This document shows, one piece after another, positions 39,359 to 49,914 of a stretch of DNA of 64,000 bases (positions are counted from its first letter, which is position 1; each line of letters opens with the position of its first letter). The DNA is taken from IMG/VR virus record IMGVR_UViG_3300014205_000008, positions 1 through 64,000 of that record. One strand, written 5' to 3'. The position numbers were made by a program, and so were the translations under genes. The stretch comes from a virus (Duplodnaviria; Caudoviricetes). The notes below the pieces were generated by a model that did no database searches, was not told the DNA's origin, and worked only from the letters and a program-made list of their open reading frames with translations.

Positions 39359-42300
39359 TTAAGTTATAAATAACGTTGGTCTCCAATGAGTTATAATTGG
39401 ATTCAAATACAGACTTTTGTTAGACGAGTTAGTAAAGAGTAAATCAAACTTAATATATTTACCTATAATTCTTTTTTTATGAGTATTTTCAGTATACCTT
39501 GGGAATAACGCTCTCCATGTTCTAAATCTAAAACTAGCATTTATAGTTACACTCCCTGTGTCTAAAAAGTTATTATATGCTCTCATGTGAGTAAACGTAC
39601 TAGATGCTACTGGGGGGCTCCCTACTATATCAACTGAATCATGTGAGTATTCTATTGAATCAAATGTTTTCATTATAGCAGGGGCTTCTGTAATGATAGG
39701 AGTGACTACTGTATTATAAGTAGCCCCATAGAATTCTCCTTTATCTCCTCCGTTATGCATATACCCGCTGTTCCTTGTAGTGGGATCTATTGTTATAAAC
39801 CTATACATATTGTTGATATATATTGTCGGAATAAAACTATAAAAAGAAACAAACTCTTTAAGAAGTTCATTATATCCAAGAGTAAAATTACCTACCTCTG
39901 CTGGATTTCTAAACGAAAAATAGATCATGTCTTTGTTGTGATCTCTTCCTGCGTATACTCCAATATAATCATACTGACTAATCTTCTTATAGAGCTGCCT
40001 ACTCACGTTTGATTTTATATAAGAATTAACTCCCTTTAAATAACTAAGCTTAAATTCTCCATCCTCACCTACAGCAGATATGCATTTGTTGATAGTATCG
40101 AAATAGTATATAGCATCTCTACCTTTTATGACAGAATTAGACTGTGACGTTCCTGATGTGTTTGTAGCATATACAGGCTTTGAAAATGTATCTCCAGTAC
40201 CTAAGACTAAAGAAACCCCCTCAGAATCATTTACAAGCGCTCTGTCGTCGATTTTAGTCATTCCGATAGAATTGTCTTGGAAGAAGTATAAGTTGCTTGA
40301 GATCGCTTCTATTGCGTTTATAGAGCCACCAGACCCTTCTACATCTAGTATGTTGTTCGGTTTAAACTTTAACCAACTATCAGCAATTTCTCCGTCATAC
40401 TTTTGATCACTTGCCGTTAATCTATGTGTTAGATTGTAAGTAAGTTTATCAAAGAATGTAGGAGTTTCTGTAAAAGTAATGAAATTGTTTGCTTTAATAT
40501 AAGAATAGTTTAATAAATTAAGATCATATTCTTGGTTAAATATATCGCCATCAAGTTCATGAGACCCTTTATATTCTTTCATCAGGTGCCTGTTGCCACT
40601 AGATCTCGAATAAGTTTTGTCGTGTCTCCAATCAATATTAACAGAAGTTTCTACTGGATAAGCTACTACAGACTGTGTTGTTTTATATACCTGCCAAACA
40701 TCACTCATGTTACCATCTTCATTGTTTGGGTTATTGTATAATCTTAAATGTTCAAACATAGAAATATATGTATCTCCACCGTATACAGTTATACTCGTTA
40801 CGTCAGAAGTATGTAAAGAAGATGTTTTTATATATTTGTTTGTCTTACGTGAATAAAACGAATTACCATTATATTGTGTTACGTTAGATAATTTTAAAGT
40901 GCCATATAAGATTTCATTTCTACTTTCTTGTACAGTTCCAACAATTCCCGCAAGAGTAGTCCCTATAAGTCCGCCTAACTTTACAGACATTCCAGTTGCT
41001 AATTTTAGAACAGCTCCTGTCCCAGCTTGTGCGTTAACAACAACAGAAAGTGCATCAATCCAATGTTGTTGATGAAAATGATGATAATTATATACTTTAG
41101 ACGCTGTTCCAGCTAAAGCTTCATCTGTAGTTATCCCAGATACAGCATAATCACCGGTTTCATTTGTTATCACAGCAAAATCTTCTATTGTCGTATTAAG
41201 ATCATTAAGAAACGGAGTTAACCTAGAGGCTTTTGCATATAAGGAATATGGTGTAGGATTTGTTCCTCCAACATTTTCTATAAATTCTCCATTATGCATG
41301 ACACTGAAAAATCCTCTTATATATAATTTCGCCCCGCTTATCTTTATGTTCTTGTAAAATGATATTTCTGGTGACCAAAAATTACATAACTTATCTGCAT
41401 ATACAATCGTTCTTAAAAATACACCTGATTCATATTGTCCAAATCTATTTGCTCCACTACTTGTTAAAGCATATTGTTGCTGTGCTAATTCCCAACTATA
41501 ACTTTTACGTAAAGACATAGAAGCTGTTGGCCTTAATATAGACGTGTCTATGTCTGGTGTTTGTACCGGAGTAATATATCCACTAGCTATAACAGTTTTA
41601 TCAAAATCTCTTAACTGCACTCTTACTATCTGGTATGAAACAGAATCAGTTGGTGCGTTTGCTATACTAAATTCTAAACCAAGAATATTTGCATATGTAT
41701 TTATAGAGGAATAAGAACCAGGAAATATGTTTGCTGTAGTCAAAGCAAAGTCATATCTATTTACATTTGACCCTAAACTAGCATCTACATAACTTACGAC
41801 AGAATCGTTATCTCTTTGTTCTGGCATTGTTATATCTCCAATCCATCTTACAAAAGAACTTCTCCCTTTGTTATCAAAGAACACTATACCAAACCTATAT
41901 GTCTCTTCTCTTCTATATCCAACTAGTTGCCCAGAAATAATATCATTTGCGTAGTTTGCATATCCGTTGGAATCCTGATATGAAGTATCAATTGTAGTAG
42001 ACCACGTTTGATTTAAGAGCCTGGTAAAATGATTTCTCATCTCTGGCAATTCCAATGCACGATCATTAGTATAATCTTTGTCAGTAGTCCCATTATGTTG
42101 TACTGTAAAAGGACTATTGTCAATAAACAACTGGTTAAGAGTAAAGTTATATGAAATATTCTTTCCTGTACCACCGATTCTTCCTGGAGCAGTTCCTCCA
42201 GCAGTATTATTCTTATACTTATATGTAGCTGGGTCTGGATTTACACAATCAAATTCTTCTGGGATAGACCAGTTAGTGCCGGTAACTCCAGTGGATACAC

Positions 42301-43519
42301 CGCCAACATAATATGTCCAAGCTCCAGCAAAAGTAATTAAATAATAATTAGTAGCGTCTGTAGAACTTACCACCTTAGCTATACCAGTATCATCGAATCT
42401 GTATGTCCTAGCATCGTATGTAGTAGTATAGTAAGATTCGGTAATATTGGCTGCGACAAGTCTATTATTAGCAATTGCAAGATCTAATGCAGAGAATAAT
42501 ATTCCTCCCATAGCAGCATATTCTTGTGTAGTATATGATCCCAGAGTAATATCTCCATTATCTATAATAATGATTTCGTCTTGATCTCCTATTGGTTCTT
42601 CTGCTACTATTCTAATCTCTGGAGAAGAGTATTCATTCTGATAATATAACCTTACTATTCTGATATAAGTAAAGTCTCTTTCTAAATTTTCTATACGTAC
42701 TCGAACAGACTTACCTGAAGTATTATCTTCGTTTTCTATATACTCGCTACCAACAAAATTTCTAGAATCGCTTTGGAAATAATCCTCTTTAGATATATTA
42801 ACAAGATCACTAGCGGAAGAGAATTTAGTTTCAGATCCTGAGTACGAAAAAAATTGGAAAGCATACTGAACAGATCCTACATTAAAAGATCCGCCATTTA
42901 CAACATCGCAATATGGTTGTCTGAATAAGACATTTTGGATAATCTCTAGATAGTCTAATGGTTGATTTATCAAACCAGTTTCCAGTACGTTCATGTGTCT
43001 TAACCTATTCTGACTATCGGCTATATAAATCTTAACAATAGAATCACTTTCTATATTTGCAGCAACTTTTATTTTACTATTATAAGCAAAATTCATATTA
43101 TCATAATATACAATATGCGTAGCTGCAATAAGTTCTTTAGTAGAATAGTTTATAATTCCTTCTATCTGCTCATTTGCGTCAAACTTTATTTTCCATACAG
43201 CTCCAATTGGGCCTATATATCCATTAGCCTCGTCAGGTATAACTTCAGCAGATAACATAATAATATAGTCACCAACAGACGTAGCAGCAAGTATTCTATG
43301 ATTACTAGAATTTCCTATAGACTTCGTTGTTGGGTCTACTATTGTAGTTGGTAATGTAAATTTAAACTCATTACCATTAATATTACTAATAGTACCAGCC
43401 CCCATTTCATCATCTATAAGTAATTCTCCATTTAACAACTTAAAGTATTTTTTATTATCCCTTAATGAATAAGCTGTGTCCATATCCATTCCAAGAAAAT
43501 AACTTTCTGTACTTGCCAT
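39359..43519 (-). CDS. Tail stabilization (muzzle) protein, P22 gp10-like
   Basis: 1386 aa, beta-rich; GY.R.E.YRFGIVF...G..S.V.WIGDI, DSWLKF motifs; crAss synteny. Confidence 0.85.
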   Translation of the reverse strand: MASTESYFLGMDMDTAYSLRDNKKYFKLLNGELLIDDEMGAGTISNINGNEFKFTLPTTIVDPTTKSIGNSSNHRILAATSVGDYIIMLSAEVIPDEANGYIGPIGAVWKIKFDANEQIEGIINYSTKELIAATHIVYYDNMNFAYNSKIKVAANIESDSIVKIYIADSQNRLRHMNVLETGLINQPLDYLEIIQNVLFRQPYCDVVNGGSFNVGSVQYAFQFFSYSGSETKFSSASDLVNISKEDYFQSDSRNFVGSEYIENEDNTSGKSVRVRIENLERDFTYIRIVRLYYQNEYSSPEIRIVAEEPIGDQDEIIIIDNGDITLGSYTTQEYAAMGGILFSALDLAIANNRLVAANITESYYTTTYDARTYRFDDTGIAKVVSSTDATNYYLITFAGAWTYYVGGVSTGVTGTNWSIPEEFDCVNPDPATYKYKNNTAGGTAPGRIGGTGKNISYNFTLNQLFIDNSPFTVQHNGTTDKDYTNDRALELPEMRNHFTRLLNQTWSTTIDTSYQDSNGYANYANDIISGQLVGYRREETYRFGIVFFDNKGRSSFVRWIGDITMPEQRDNDSVVSYVDASLGSNVNRYDFALTTANIFPGSYSSINTYANILGLEFSIANAPTDSVSYQIVRVQLRDFDKTVIASGYITPVQTPDIDTSILRPTASMSLRKSYSWELAQQQYALTSSGANRFGQYESGVFLRTIVYADKLCNFWSPEISFYKNIKISGAKLYIRGFFSVMHNGEFIENVGGTNPTPYSLYAKASRLTPFLNDLNTTIEDFAVITNETGDYAVSGITTDEALAGTASKVYNYHHFHQQHWIDALSVVVNAQAGTGAVLKLATGMSVKLGGLIGTTLAGIVGTVQESRNEILYGTLKLSNVTQYNGNSFYSRKTNKYIKTSSLHTSDVTSITVYGGDTYISMFEHLRLYNNPNNEDGNMSDVWQVYKTTQSVVAYPVETSVNIDWRHDKTYSRSSGNRHLMKEYKGSHELDGDIFNQEYDLNLLNYSYIKANNFITFTETPTFFDKLTYNLTHRLTASDQKYDGEIADSWLKFKPNNILDVEGSGGSINAIEAISSNLYFFQDNSIGMTKIDDRALVNDSEGVSLVLGTGDTFSKPVYATNTSGTSQSNSVIKGRDAIYYFDTINKCISAVGEDGEFKLSYLKGVNSYIKSNVSRQLYKKISQYDYIGVYAGRDHNKDMIYFSFRNPAEVGNFTLGYNELLKEFVSFYSFIPTIYINNMYRFITIDPTTRNSGYMHNGGDKGEFYGATYNTVVTPIITEAPAIMKTFDSIEYSHDSVDIVGSPPVASSTFTHMRAYNNFLDTGSVTINASFRFRTWRALFPRYTENTHKKRIIGKYIKFDLLFTNSSNKSLYLNPIITHWRPTLFIT

Positions 43520-43521
43520 AT

Positions 43522-44277
43522 CTAAAACTTTTTAACTGTTGGGACACCTAATGATTCAAACCCATAATCATGAGCGTTTGAATCTGTCCTTATTTTAACT
43601 ATTTGATTCTTCAGCGCTTCTGCTTCGTCATAATTAGGAGTAACAATCTTTGTAAAAGCACTATTAACATAGAATAACCAATTCTGTTCTGATTCATCTT
43701 TAATAGTTTTTGAGATAATACCTCTACGATAAAGTTTACTATCTATCTTATAAACTATATAAGACTCTACTGCAATCATATATCTATCTACATCAGGAAT
43801 TAATAAACATCCATTACTATCTAAAGGATAATAAGAATAAGCAATATCTATAGCCCCTTCTTTTACATTTAAAAAAAGATATCCATTCTTAATTTGATAT
43901 GAAAACATTCTTGCTGGTTTTTCTCCCATTAATAAATTATCTTCTCTTATTACAGGATCATCAAATTCTGTTTCGTTATTTATAGATTGATCATATAAAG
44001 ACATTAAGTAAGAATCTGTTGCTTCAATTAACGTATGTCTTGATAGATGATCTCGTACAGCAATAATTTCTCTAAGATTAGTTGGAAGTTCTGCTCTATA
44101 ATTTACTACACCAACAGTTGTTATAGTTTGCGTATAGACTAAAGGAGCGCCAATTAATTCCATTGCTCTTACAGCCCACTCAGTAATATCTTCTTTGTTA
44201 ATTTCATTATAATAATCAGTATCTCTAAGGATATTTTCTATTACAGTTGAAATTGATTTATATTTTCCGTTAAACAT
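43522..44277 (-). CDS. Tail tubular (ring) protein, P22 gp4-like
   Basis: KY.SI..VI.., P.D..G..LIPD, W.FYV..A; precedes the muzzle gene. Confidence 0.8.
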   Translation of the reverse strand: MFNGKYKSISTVIENILRDTDYYNEINKEDITEWAVRAMELIGAPLVYTQTITTVGVVNYRAELPTNLREIIAVRDHLSRHTLIEATDSYLMSLYDQSINNETEFDDPVIREDNLLMGEKPARMFSYQIKNGYLFLNVKEGAIDIAYSYYPLDSNGCLLIPDVDRYMIAVESYIVYKIDSKLYRRGIISKTIKDESEQNWLFYVNSAFTKIVTPNYDEAEALKNQIVKIRTDSNAHDYGFESLGVPTVKKF

Positions 44278-44291
44278 AGTATATATATTTT

Positions 44292-44813
44292 TTATTCAAA
44301 AAAATCAACCTTTAAGGTTTCGTCTTTTATAACTGAAGCAAGCCAACGCTTATTAGTTCTTGATGGTATAAATTTATATGCCTCCTTATTTCTTAGTTTA
44401 CCATTAGTTTTATCCCAATAAAACCTATATAAGTAACCATCAGAATGTTCATTTAGATGTAGGACGAGCTTTTTTTCTTCCTTTGCAGCTGGATTTCGCT
44501 CCCATAAGTCTTTTGTTTTTTTATAATCTATTAATAATTTCTTTTTAATAATATTATTATTCTCGTCATACTGAATACCAGAATACTTATACTTTTTGAT
44601 TCTTAAAGTACCTAATGTGTAAGGCATCTTAAAAGCAAAGTTTTTATATAAGATAAGCTTTATAAGTTCTCTATTAAACTTTTTAATGATCTTATTAAAT
44701 TTAATCTTTTTAATATCTAAATTAAACTGAGAGTTTTCTTTATAGAAATTATATAAATCGTTTTGAGTATAATCTGTTTTAACCTTTCCTTTTCCTCGCT
44801 GTAAATTACTCAT
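44292..44813 (-). CDS. IHF/HU-like protein of the crAss tail module
   Basis: Basic; FKMPY.LG.L.IKK, N.HSDGY.YRF.W, F.P.R.NKR; likely start 44813. Confidence 0.75.
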   Translation of the reverse strand: MSNLQRGKGKVKTDYTQNDLYNFYKENSQFNLDIKKIKFNKIIKKFNRELIKLILYKNFAFKMPYTLGTLRIKKYKYSGIQYDENNNIIKKKLLIDYKKTKDLWERNPAAKEEKKLVLHLNEHSDGYLYRFYWDKTNGKLRNKEAYKFIPSRTNKRWLASVIKDETLKVDFFE

Positions 44814-45501
44814 TCGTTGCGTTATTTGTTTTATCTTCTGGAGCATTAATTTTATTAGCTGCAGTTTTCCAAACATAATCTTGAATATAAGGCCATAACT
44901 TACCCATTGCTAATTCTGAAGTATCATCATCGAATTCAGACACGTCTCTTGGATCATCAAAGATTGCTTCTATTATAACAGAAGCAATTGTTCTTGTTGG
45001 GGTTACTACTTTCCCCACTACATATAAGTATTGGTTCTTTATAAAAGAAACTAATTGGGTAGAATTGAATCTACCAGAACCACTATATAAACCTCTATCT
45101 TTGCTTGTAAACAATATAGATGGTTTAATTGTATATAAGTCAGGATATGTAATCGAAACATTTGTAACAGCTAATCTCCGTCCCATTGTCATTATCCTGG
45201 GTACAGTAGTTGTAGATTTCCACGATTCTCTATTCTCATAACAAATACTTCCTGATGTAATAAGAGTTTCTCTTGTTAATGCAAAAGTTTGTGTTTGAGT
45301 AAATATATCCCATCCGCCATCATAACCAGATGAAGAACCATAATCAGCAGAACCTCCTCTACTTATTAAGTTAGCAATAGATAGTTTTCTTTGTTCTATA
45401 ATTAATTCTTTAATTAGCCTAATATCTATCTCAAAGTCATCTCCAAGATTCTTTTGCAACAACTCAAGTATTTCGTATGCATAAGAGTTTAATGTTCTCA
45501 T
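44806..45501 (-). CDS. Tail ring (structural) protein
   Basis: MRTLN..AYEI.., IEAIFDDPR; crAss synteny. Confidence 0.65.
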   Translation of the reverse strand: MRTLNSYAYEILELLQKNLGDDFEIDIRLIKELIIEQRKLSIANLISRGGSADYGSSSGYDGGWDIFTQTQTFALTRETLITSGSICYENRESWKSTTTVPRIMTMGRRLAVTNVSITYPDLYTIKPSILFTSKDRGLYSGSGRFNSTQLVSFIKNQYLYVVGKVVTPTRTIASVIIEAIFDDPRDVSEFDDDTSELAMGKLWPYIQDYVWKTAANKINAPEDKTNNATNE

Positions 45502-45512
45502 ATATTATTTGT

Positions 45513-46112
45513 TTAAAATATTTTTATCATCACCCCAACCTTAATCTCTTTCTGAACGAGGTCGTAGGAAGCGATATAAGCGTGTTTCTTTTTATTTATG
45601 AACATTCCTGCCACTTCTGCACCAAAAGAGCTTAGAGAGCCTCCTACGGCTCCTCCTGCATAAAATTCATTCTTGGGTACATATGCTTCTTTAATTCCTT
45701 TAGTTATTCGGATATAAGTAGGATAGAATTTCTTCTCAACATTTCTATTTTTAATTCTATTCTTTTGAATAGTATCAGAGATTCTTACAAACCCATTGGT
45801 ATCATTTAGAATTGTATCAATAGAAATTACATAAGCAAAGTAATCTACATACATATCAAGAATTGCTTGAGTATCTACAGCGATATCTTTCCATTTTATT
45901 ATTGAATCTGTTTTATAAACTACATTTACTTTAGGGACATAAACAGAATCAGTATAATGAATAGTATCATGTATCCATGCGGTATCTATCTTAATTGTAT
46001 TATCTACAGGAGGACATGGTTTCTTACACGTATCCATAAAGAAAATTACAATTATAGCTACTCCAAAAAGAAGTTGCCATATATATTTTGATATAAAAGT
46101 CCAAATTGTCAT
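45513..46112 (-). CDS. Spanin-like membrane protein
   Basis: N-terminal TM helix, repeated DT(I/V) motifs, located in the lysis cassette. Confidence 0.55.
   Translation of the reverse strand: MTIWTFISKYIWQLLFGVAIIVIFFMDTCKKPCPPVDNTIKIDTAWIHDTIHYTDSVYVPKVNVVYKTDSIIKWKDIAVDTQAILDMYVDYFAYVISIDTILNDTNGFVRISDTIQKNRIKNRNVEKKFYPTYIRITKGIKEAYVPKNEFYAGGAVGGSLSSFGAEVAGMFINKKKHAYIASYDLVQKEIKVGVMIKIF
45571..45640 (-). repeat. Dispersed ~70-bp element, copy C (inside a CDS)
   Basis: Minus strand GCTCTCTAAG...CTTATATCGC, same 70-nt span as copy B. Confidence 0.5.
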
Positions 46113-46780
46113 ATCTTGTTATATATATTAATTATTATTATAGAAATGATTATCATTGCTATACCAAACCATTGCGCTATTTTCCTTTTACGATTACTAA
46201 ATATTCTGGGTTTCCAAAATTGAATCTTAGCAATATAAAATAGAGACATACCTTTTTTAAATCTTATCCAAGGTAAATATATAGCGACCTCGCTCTTTGT
46301 AATAGCATCTAAGTGATCATCATCCTTTAAACCTGCAGTCACACCTTTCTGAAAATAATATGAAGCAGATAAGATTATACCTATCATAAAAGATAAAGCT
46401 AATCCTACTTGTATTGCAATCTCCCGTATATTAGTTGTATAATTTGCAATACGTTCTGATGCAAATATAAACAATGAAGACGATAAACCTATTGCTCTCC
46501 ACGTATCTGTTTCTAAAAAATGTATATTTTTGATGTATTTTTCAAGATACGGAGGTAATGGGTTATCATTCTTATGATAGAAAGATCCATTCTCCATTCC
46601 ACTAAGTATAATTAAATATGATAACATTACTGCAAACATAAATGAATATAAAGAATATTCAAATTGTTTGCCAGAAATTTCTATATTTAGTTCTTGAAGG
46701 ATTAAGTATCCTGCAAATATAATAAGTAATGCAGCAAACACAATTATACCTTTAGACCAAATTAGTTTTAACGTTTTCAT
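46109..46780 (-). CDS. Multi-pass membrane protein
   Basis: 4-5 hydrophobic segments. Confidence 0.65.
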   Translation of the reverse strand: MKTLKLIWSKGIIVFAALLIIFAGYLILQELNIEISGKQFEYSLYSFMFAVMLSYLIILSGMENGSFYHKNDNPLPPYLEKYIKNIHFLETDTWRAIGLSSSLFIFASERIANYTTNIREIAIQVGLALSFMIGIILSASYYFQKGVTAGLKDDDHLDAITKSEVAIYLPWIRFKKGMSLFYIAKIQFWKPRIFSNRKRKIAQWFGIAMIIISIIIINIYNKI

Positions 46781-47163
46781 ATATTCATTTCAAAATGAGG
46801 AGCGTCATAGAAGTTAGTAAAGTTTCCGCCCCAACGATTATGAGAATCTAAAGACTCCCAATATTTAGCTAATTCATTAATTAAAGTATGTTTGTAAACT
46901 AATTTTCCATTAATAAAGAAATTAAAATCTACAGCTAATCTTTTTAAATGATTACTGTTCATCGTTTTAGTGCGCTTAACACCACTAACAAGTTCTAATT
47001 CTCCGTCTTCAGGTCTTAACGTCTTGCCATAAAAATAAAGTTCTTGCTGATCTTCGGTTCTATATGCTTCTCCAAAAGTAAGTCCTATTCCAAGTTCAGT
47101 TGCTTTAGATATTAATTTAGCAACATTCTTTGTAAAAACTTGTTGATATGTATTTAGTCCCAT
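46777..47163 (-). CDS. Endolysin, M15-family (L-Ala-D-Glu) peptidase
   Basis: EAYRT..QQ, S.H...LAVD, WGG.F...D.PHFE. Confidence 0.9.
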   Translation of the reverse strand: MGLNTYQQVFTKNVAKLISKATELGIGLTFGEAYRTEDQQELYFYGKTLRPEDGELELVSGVKRTKTMNSNHLKRLAVDFNFFINGKLVYKHTLINELAKYWESLDSHNRWGGNFTNFYDAPHFEMNI

Positions 47164-47164
47164 A

Positions 47165-47434
47165 TTAATTTATTAAAGTTGTTTCATCAATCTCAACATT
47201 GTCATCATTATCATGGTGATCTCGTTTAGGTTGTTTCCAAATGCCTACAACACTATCAAGACCAAGTAAAGCAGCTCCAATAGCATATTGAGCTACAATT
47301 ATAGTTTCGTTTAAATTATATGAAGCAAGACCATCAAATGTTGATTGTATCATTGTATATACTATAATAGCAGCTCCAAAGACTCTTTTAGAACTCCAGT
47401 CCCCTCTGGCGTCTTGAAATAAACTATTTTTCAT
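47165..47434 (-). CDS. Holin-like two-TM protein
   Basis: WSSKRVFG motif, two hydrophobic helices, adjacent to the endolysin. Confidence 0.65.
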   Translation of the reverse strand: MKNSLFQDARGDWSSKRVFGAAIIVYTMIQSTFDGLASYNLNETIIVAQYAIGAALLGLDSVVGIWKQPKRDHHDNDDNVEIDETTLIN

Positions 47435-48194
47435 ATTGACATACAATTAATTGCTTAATTTTAAACTCACTATTTTTTCCTGTTATCATATCAACTGTTA
47501 CTCCTCCAGCTATTGCTGTATTAATAACAAGATGCATAGGAATTTGAGGAATATCTTTTGTTACTTTATAAATTGGATAATCATCGAATAACCAAGTAAG
47601 ACTTTTTTCATTCCACTCAATTCCATATCTATGATATTCTTTAGATAGATCATGTCTGCTTTTGATTCTTCTACCAAGTTGATAATGATCATTTCCACTA
47701 GTTCCCCAATGATGAGTTGTAGATATGTGTTTAGTTTCTTTTGTATAATTTGTATTATACATAGCCTCAAAGATATCTATCTCTGGAGGCCACGTTCCAT
47801 ACATCCACCAAGCAGCCCAAAACATTCCTTCGTTTTCAGGAAGCTTGCATACAAGATCAAATCTTCCATACTGTTGAGTAAACTTACCTTTTGTACTAAG
47901 CCTCCCACTTTTAAAATTAAATTCTTTCTGTGTCTTTTTATCTATATTAACTCTAGTAAAAAGAGAAATACCTTCTTCAGTTTGTTGAATACAATCAAGT
48001 TTAGGAATTACATTTGTCATAGGTTCGTTTACATCTGAAAACCATTTATTAAAAGTAGAGAATAAATTACCAGCAAAATTATAATCAATAACCTTAACCA
48101 TTCCATTAGGAACTTTAAAATCTTTTAATGTATTTTTAGGTAAAAAATAGAATCTAATTTTATACCATAAATTAATTAGTTTAATTGTCATCAT
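47424..48194 (-). CDS. Glycoside hydrolase family 16
   Basis: SGRL..K..F.Q.YG.F, WAAWW, catalytic EIDIFE, H.YG.EW. Confidence 0.88.
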   Translation of the reverse strand: MMTIKLINLWYKIRFYFLPKNTLKDFKVPNGMVKVIDYNFAGNLFSTFNKWFSDVNEPMTNVIPKLDCIQQTEEGISLFTRVNIDKKTQKEFNFKSGRLSTKGKFTQQYGRFDLVCKLPENEGMFWAAWWMYGTWPPEIDIFEAMYNTNYTKETKHISTTHHWGTSGNDHYQLGRRIKSRHDLSKEYHRYGIEWNEKSLTWLFDDYPIYKVTKDIPQIPMHLVINTAIAGGVTVDMITGKNSEFKIKQLIVCQYEK

Positions 48195-48567
48195 GTGTTA
48201 GTATTAAATCTTTACCTATTTCTCTTGATATAATTTTAATATTATAATCATATATCTTTAAATGAGTTTTCCATGTATCATTAAATGTTGTAATAGGGGT
48301 GTATGACTCAAATTTTATTTCAGTCTTATTGTCATATTGTATTCTGGCTACTCTTTCATCTTCAATTGAGGTAGTGTTTTTAGATATTGCATTATCTCTA
48401 TTTGCATTAGCCACATCATTACCAAATAATGTTGTCACAAAAGCTAAGGCAATTATACCAATAATTTTCATAACATACGGCATAATACTTTCTTTTGACT
48501 TAGCACTTAAAGATTGAGCTACCGTTTCTTTTATTGTTTTTATTAATTCTTCTTCAAATTCGGTCAT
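48181..48567 (-). CDS. Single-TM hypothetical protein
   Basis: 128 aa with one hydrophobic helix. Confidence 0.6.
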   Translation of the reverse strand: MTEFEEELIKTIKETVAQSLSAKSKESIMPYVMKIIGIIALAFVTTLFGNDVANANRDNAISKNTTSIEDERVARIQYDNKTEIKFESYTPITTFNDTWKTHLKIYDYNIKIISREIGKDLILTHDDN

Positions 48568-48593
48568 AACAAAAAATATTATTTTTTATATAT

Positions 48594-48631
48594 GACTACA
48601 CTTAAATATAATTAAATAAATAAGTGTAGTC
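48594..48631. other. Intergenic inverted repeat
   Basis: GACTACACTTA...TAAGTGTAGTC. Confidence 0.55.
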
Positions 48632-48641
48632 TAATTTTTGT

Positions 48642-49103
48642 TTATTTAATTACAAGTTCAAAACTTCTTAGTTCTTTAGGAGATAAATCAATAAGTATCT
48701 TTTCTCCATCTTTATCTGTTACATACAGTCCTTGAAATGCTTCTATACCTACTTTATATAAATCAACCTCAACTTCTTCTTCAAGGATTAGTTTATATTT
48801 ATCAAGCGTCTCTTTATTATCCTCATTATACTTAGTGAGAGCTTCTGTAAGAGTATCTTTATCTGCAAAGATATAAGTATTACCTTCAAGTATAAACTTA
48901 CCCTTATCATCTTTAAGCGCTAATTCTTTAACTAGTTTATACTTACCTTCTGAATAATCTTTAGTCATCTTAGTTAAATCATCAACTATGCTTTTAACAA
49001 CGTCTAAGTTTAAATTGTTCATGTGAGAGAACATAATGTTACCTTTTACGTTTTCAAAGTTTTTAAGATTGTTGTGTAATTGTAATACTTCTTTTCTTTT
49101 CAT
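48642..49103 (-). CDS. Hypothetical protein, paralog of 49915-50385 (possible fibre chaperone)
   Basis: Shared N.L..F....GN..F....N.NL and YK.IL.EEV..DLYK motifs. Confidence 0.7.
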   Translation of the reverse strand: MKRKEVLQLHNNLKNFENVKGNIMFSHMNNLNLDVVKSIVDDLTKMTKDYSEGKYKLVKELALKDDKGKFILEGNTYIFADKDTLTEALTKYNEDNKETLDKYKLILEEEVEVDLYKVGIEAFQGLYVTDKDGEKILIDLSPKELRSFELVIK

Positions 49104-49127
49104 TGTTATTTGTATTTATGTTTATAC

Positions 49128-49907
49128 TTATCTCATTATAATTTGTTTATGTTCTCCAACAGGAATAATATATGGGTCTGCAATACTCCCTGCTGATTCA
49201 ACATCATCTATATCAGTTAAAGTTATAGTAGTTACTCCACTAGGTAAAGCTACTTGTATAACATCAGCATTCCTTGTTACAGTAGCCCCGTTGGTTGGGA
49301 TGTAAGATGACCCTATACCAAGCTCAACCTGAACCATATTAACTACTCCAGTAACAGTACATGTTAATGTAGTTGACGCACTTGTAAAAGTTAACTTATT
49401 ATTTCGTGTAAAATCACTTGCTAATACTGTTCCTGTTGTGGCTCCTGTTAATGCGATGCTACCACTACCACCAAGAAAATAGATCGTGTATTGAGTAGCA
49501 TTTACTACCGTCACATTCTGAGTAACACCAACCATTGAATTTAGGAATAGGTTTATTGTCTCTGCCTCTGTCAATAAAACAGGCACACCATCTGTGTAAT
49601 CATACCTAGGTACATTAGCTAATACACTATTTATATATCCATCACTACCAACTTCAGTAGCCGTATCTAAGGCTCTAGTTACTGTAAAAGGTATAAGTGT
49701 ACCATCTGGTTCCATACCATACATAGTATCAGCTTTCCTTGCAGCAGGATTAAATATTAATATTGCATCATCATATAAATCATTTCTCTTTAATTTATCT
49801 ATATGGGGTGGTAAACAATTAGGTAGATATTCTCCACCATCTGCTAATACATTATATTGGAAAGCTGCTGCTTTTATTGAGCCAAATCCAGGACTTACGT
49901 TTGTCAT
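49128..49907 (-). CDS. Fibre or spike-associated structural protein
   Basis: FTVTRA..AT.V..DG.I..NVPRYDY..LL.E...NL and SSYIPT....VTR.AD motifs. Confidence 0.65.
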   Translation of the reverse strand: MTNVSPGFGSIKAAAFQYNVLADGGEYLPNCLPPHIDKLKRNDLYDDAILIFNPAARKADTMYGMEPDGTLIPFTVTRALDTATEVGSDGYINSVLANVPRYDYTDGVPVLLTEAETINLFLNSMVGVTQNVTVVNATQYTIYFLGGSGSIALTGATTGTVLASDFTRNNKLTFTSASTTLTCTVTGVVNMVQVELGIGSSYIPTNGATVTRNADVIQVALPSGVTTITLTDIDDVESAGSIADPYIIPVGEHKQIIMR

Positions 49908-49914
49908 ATCTTTA

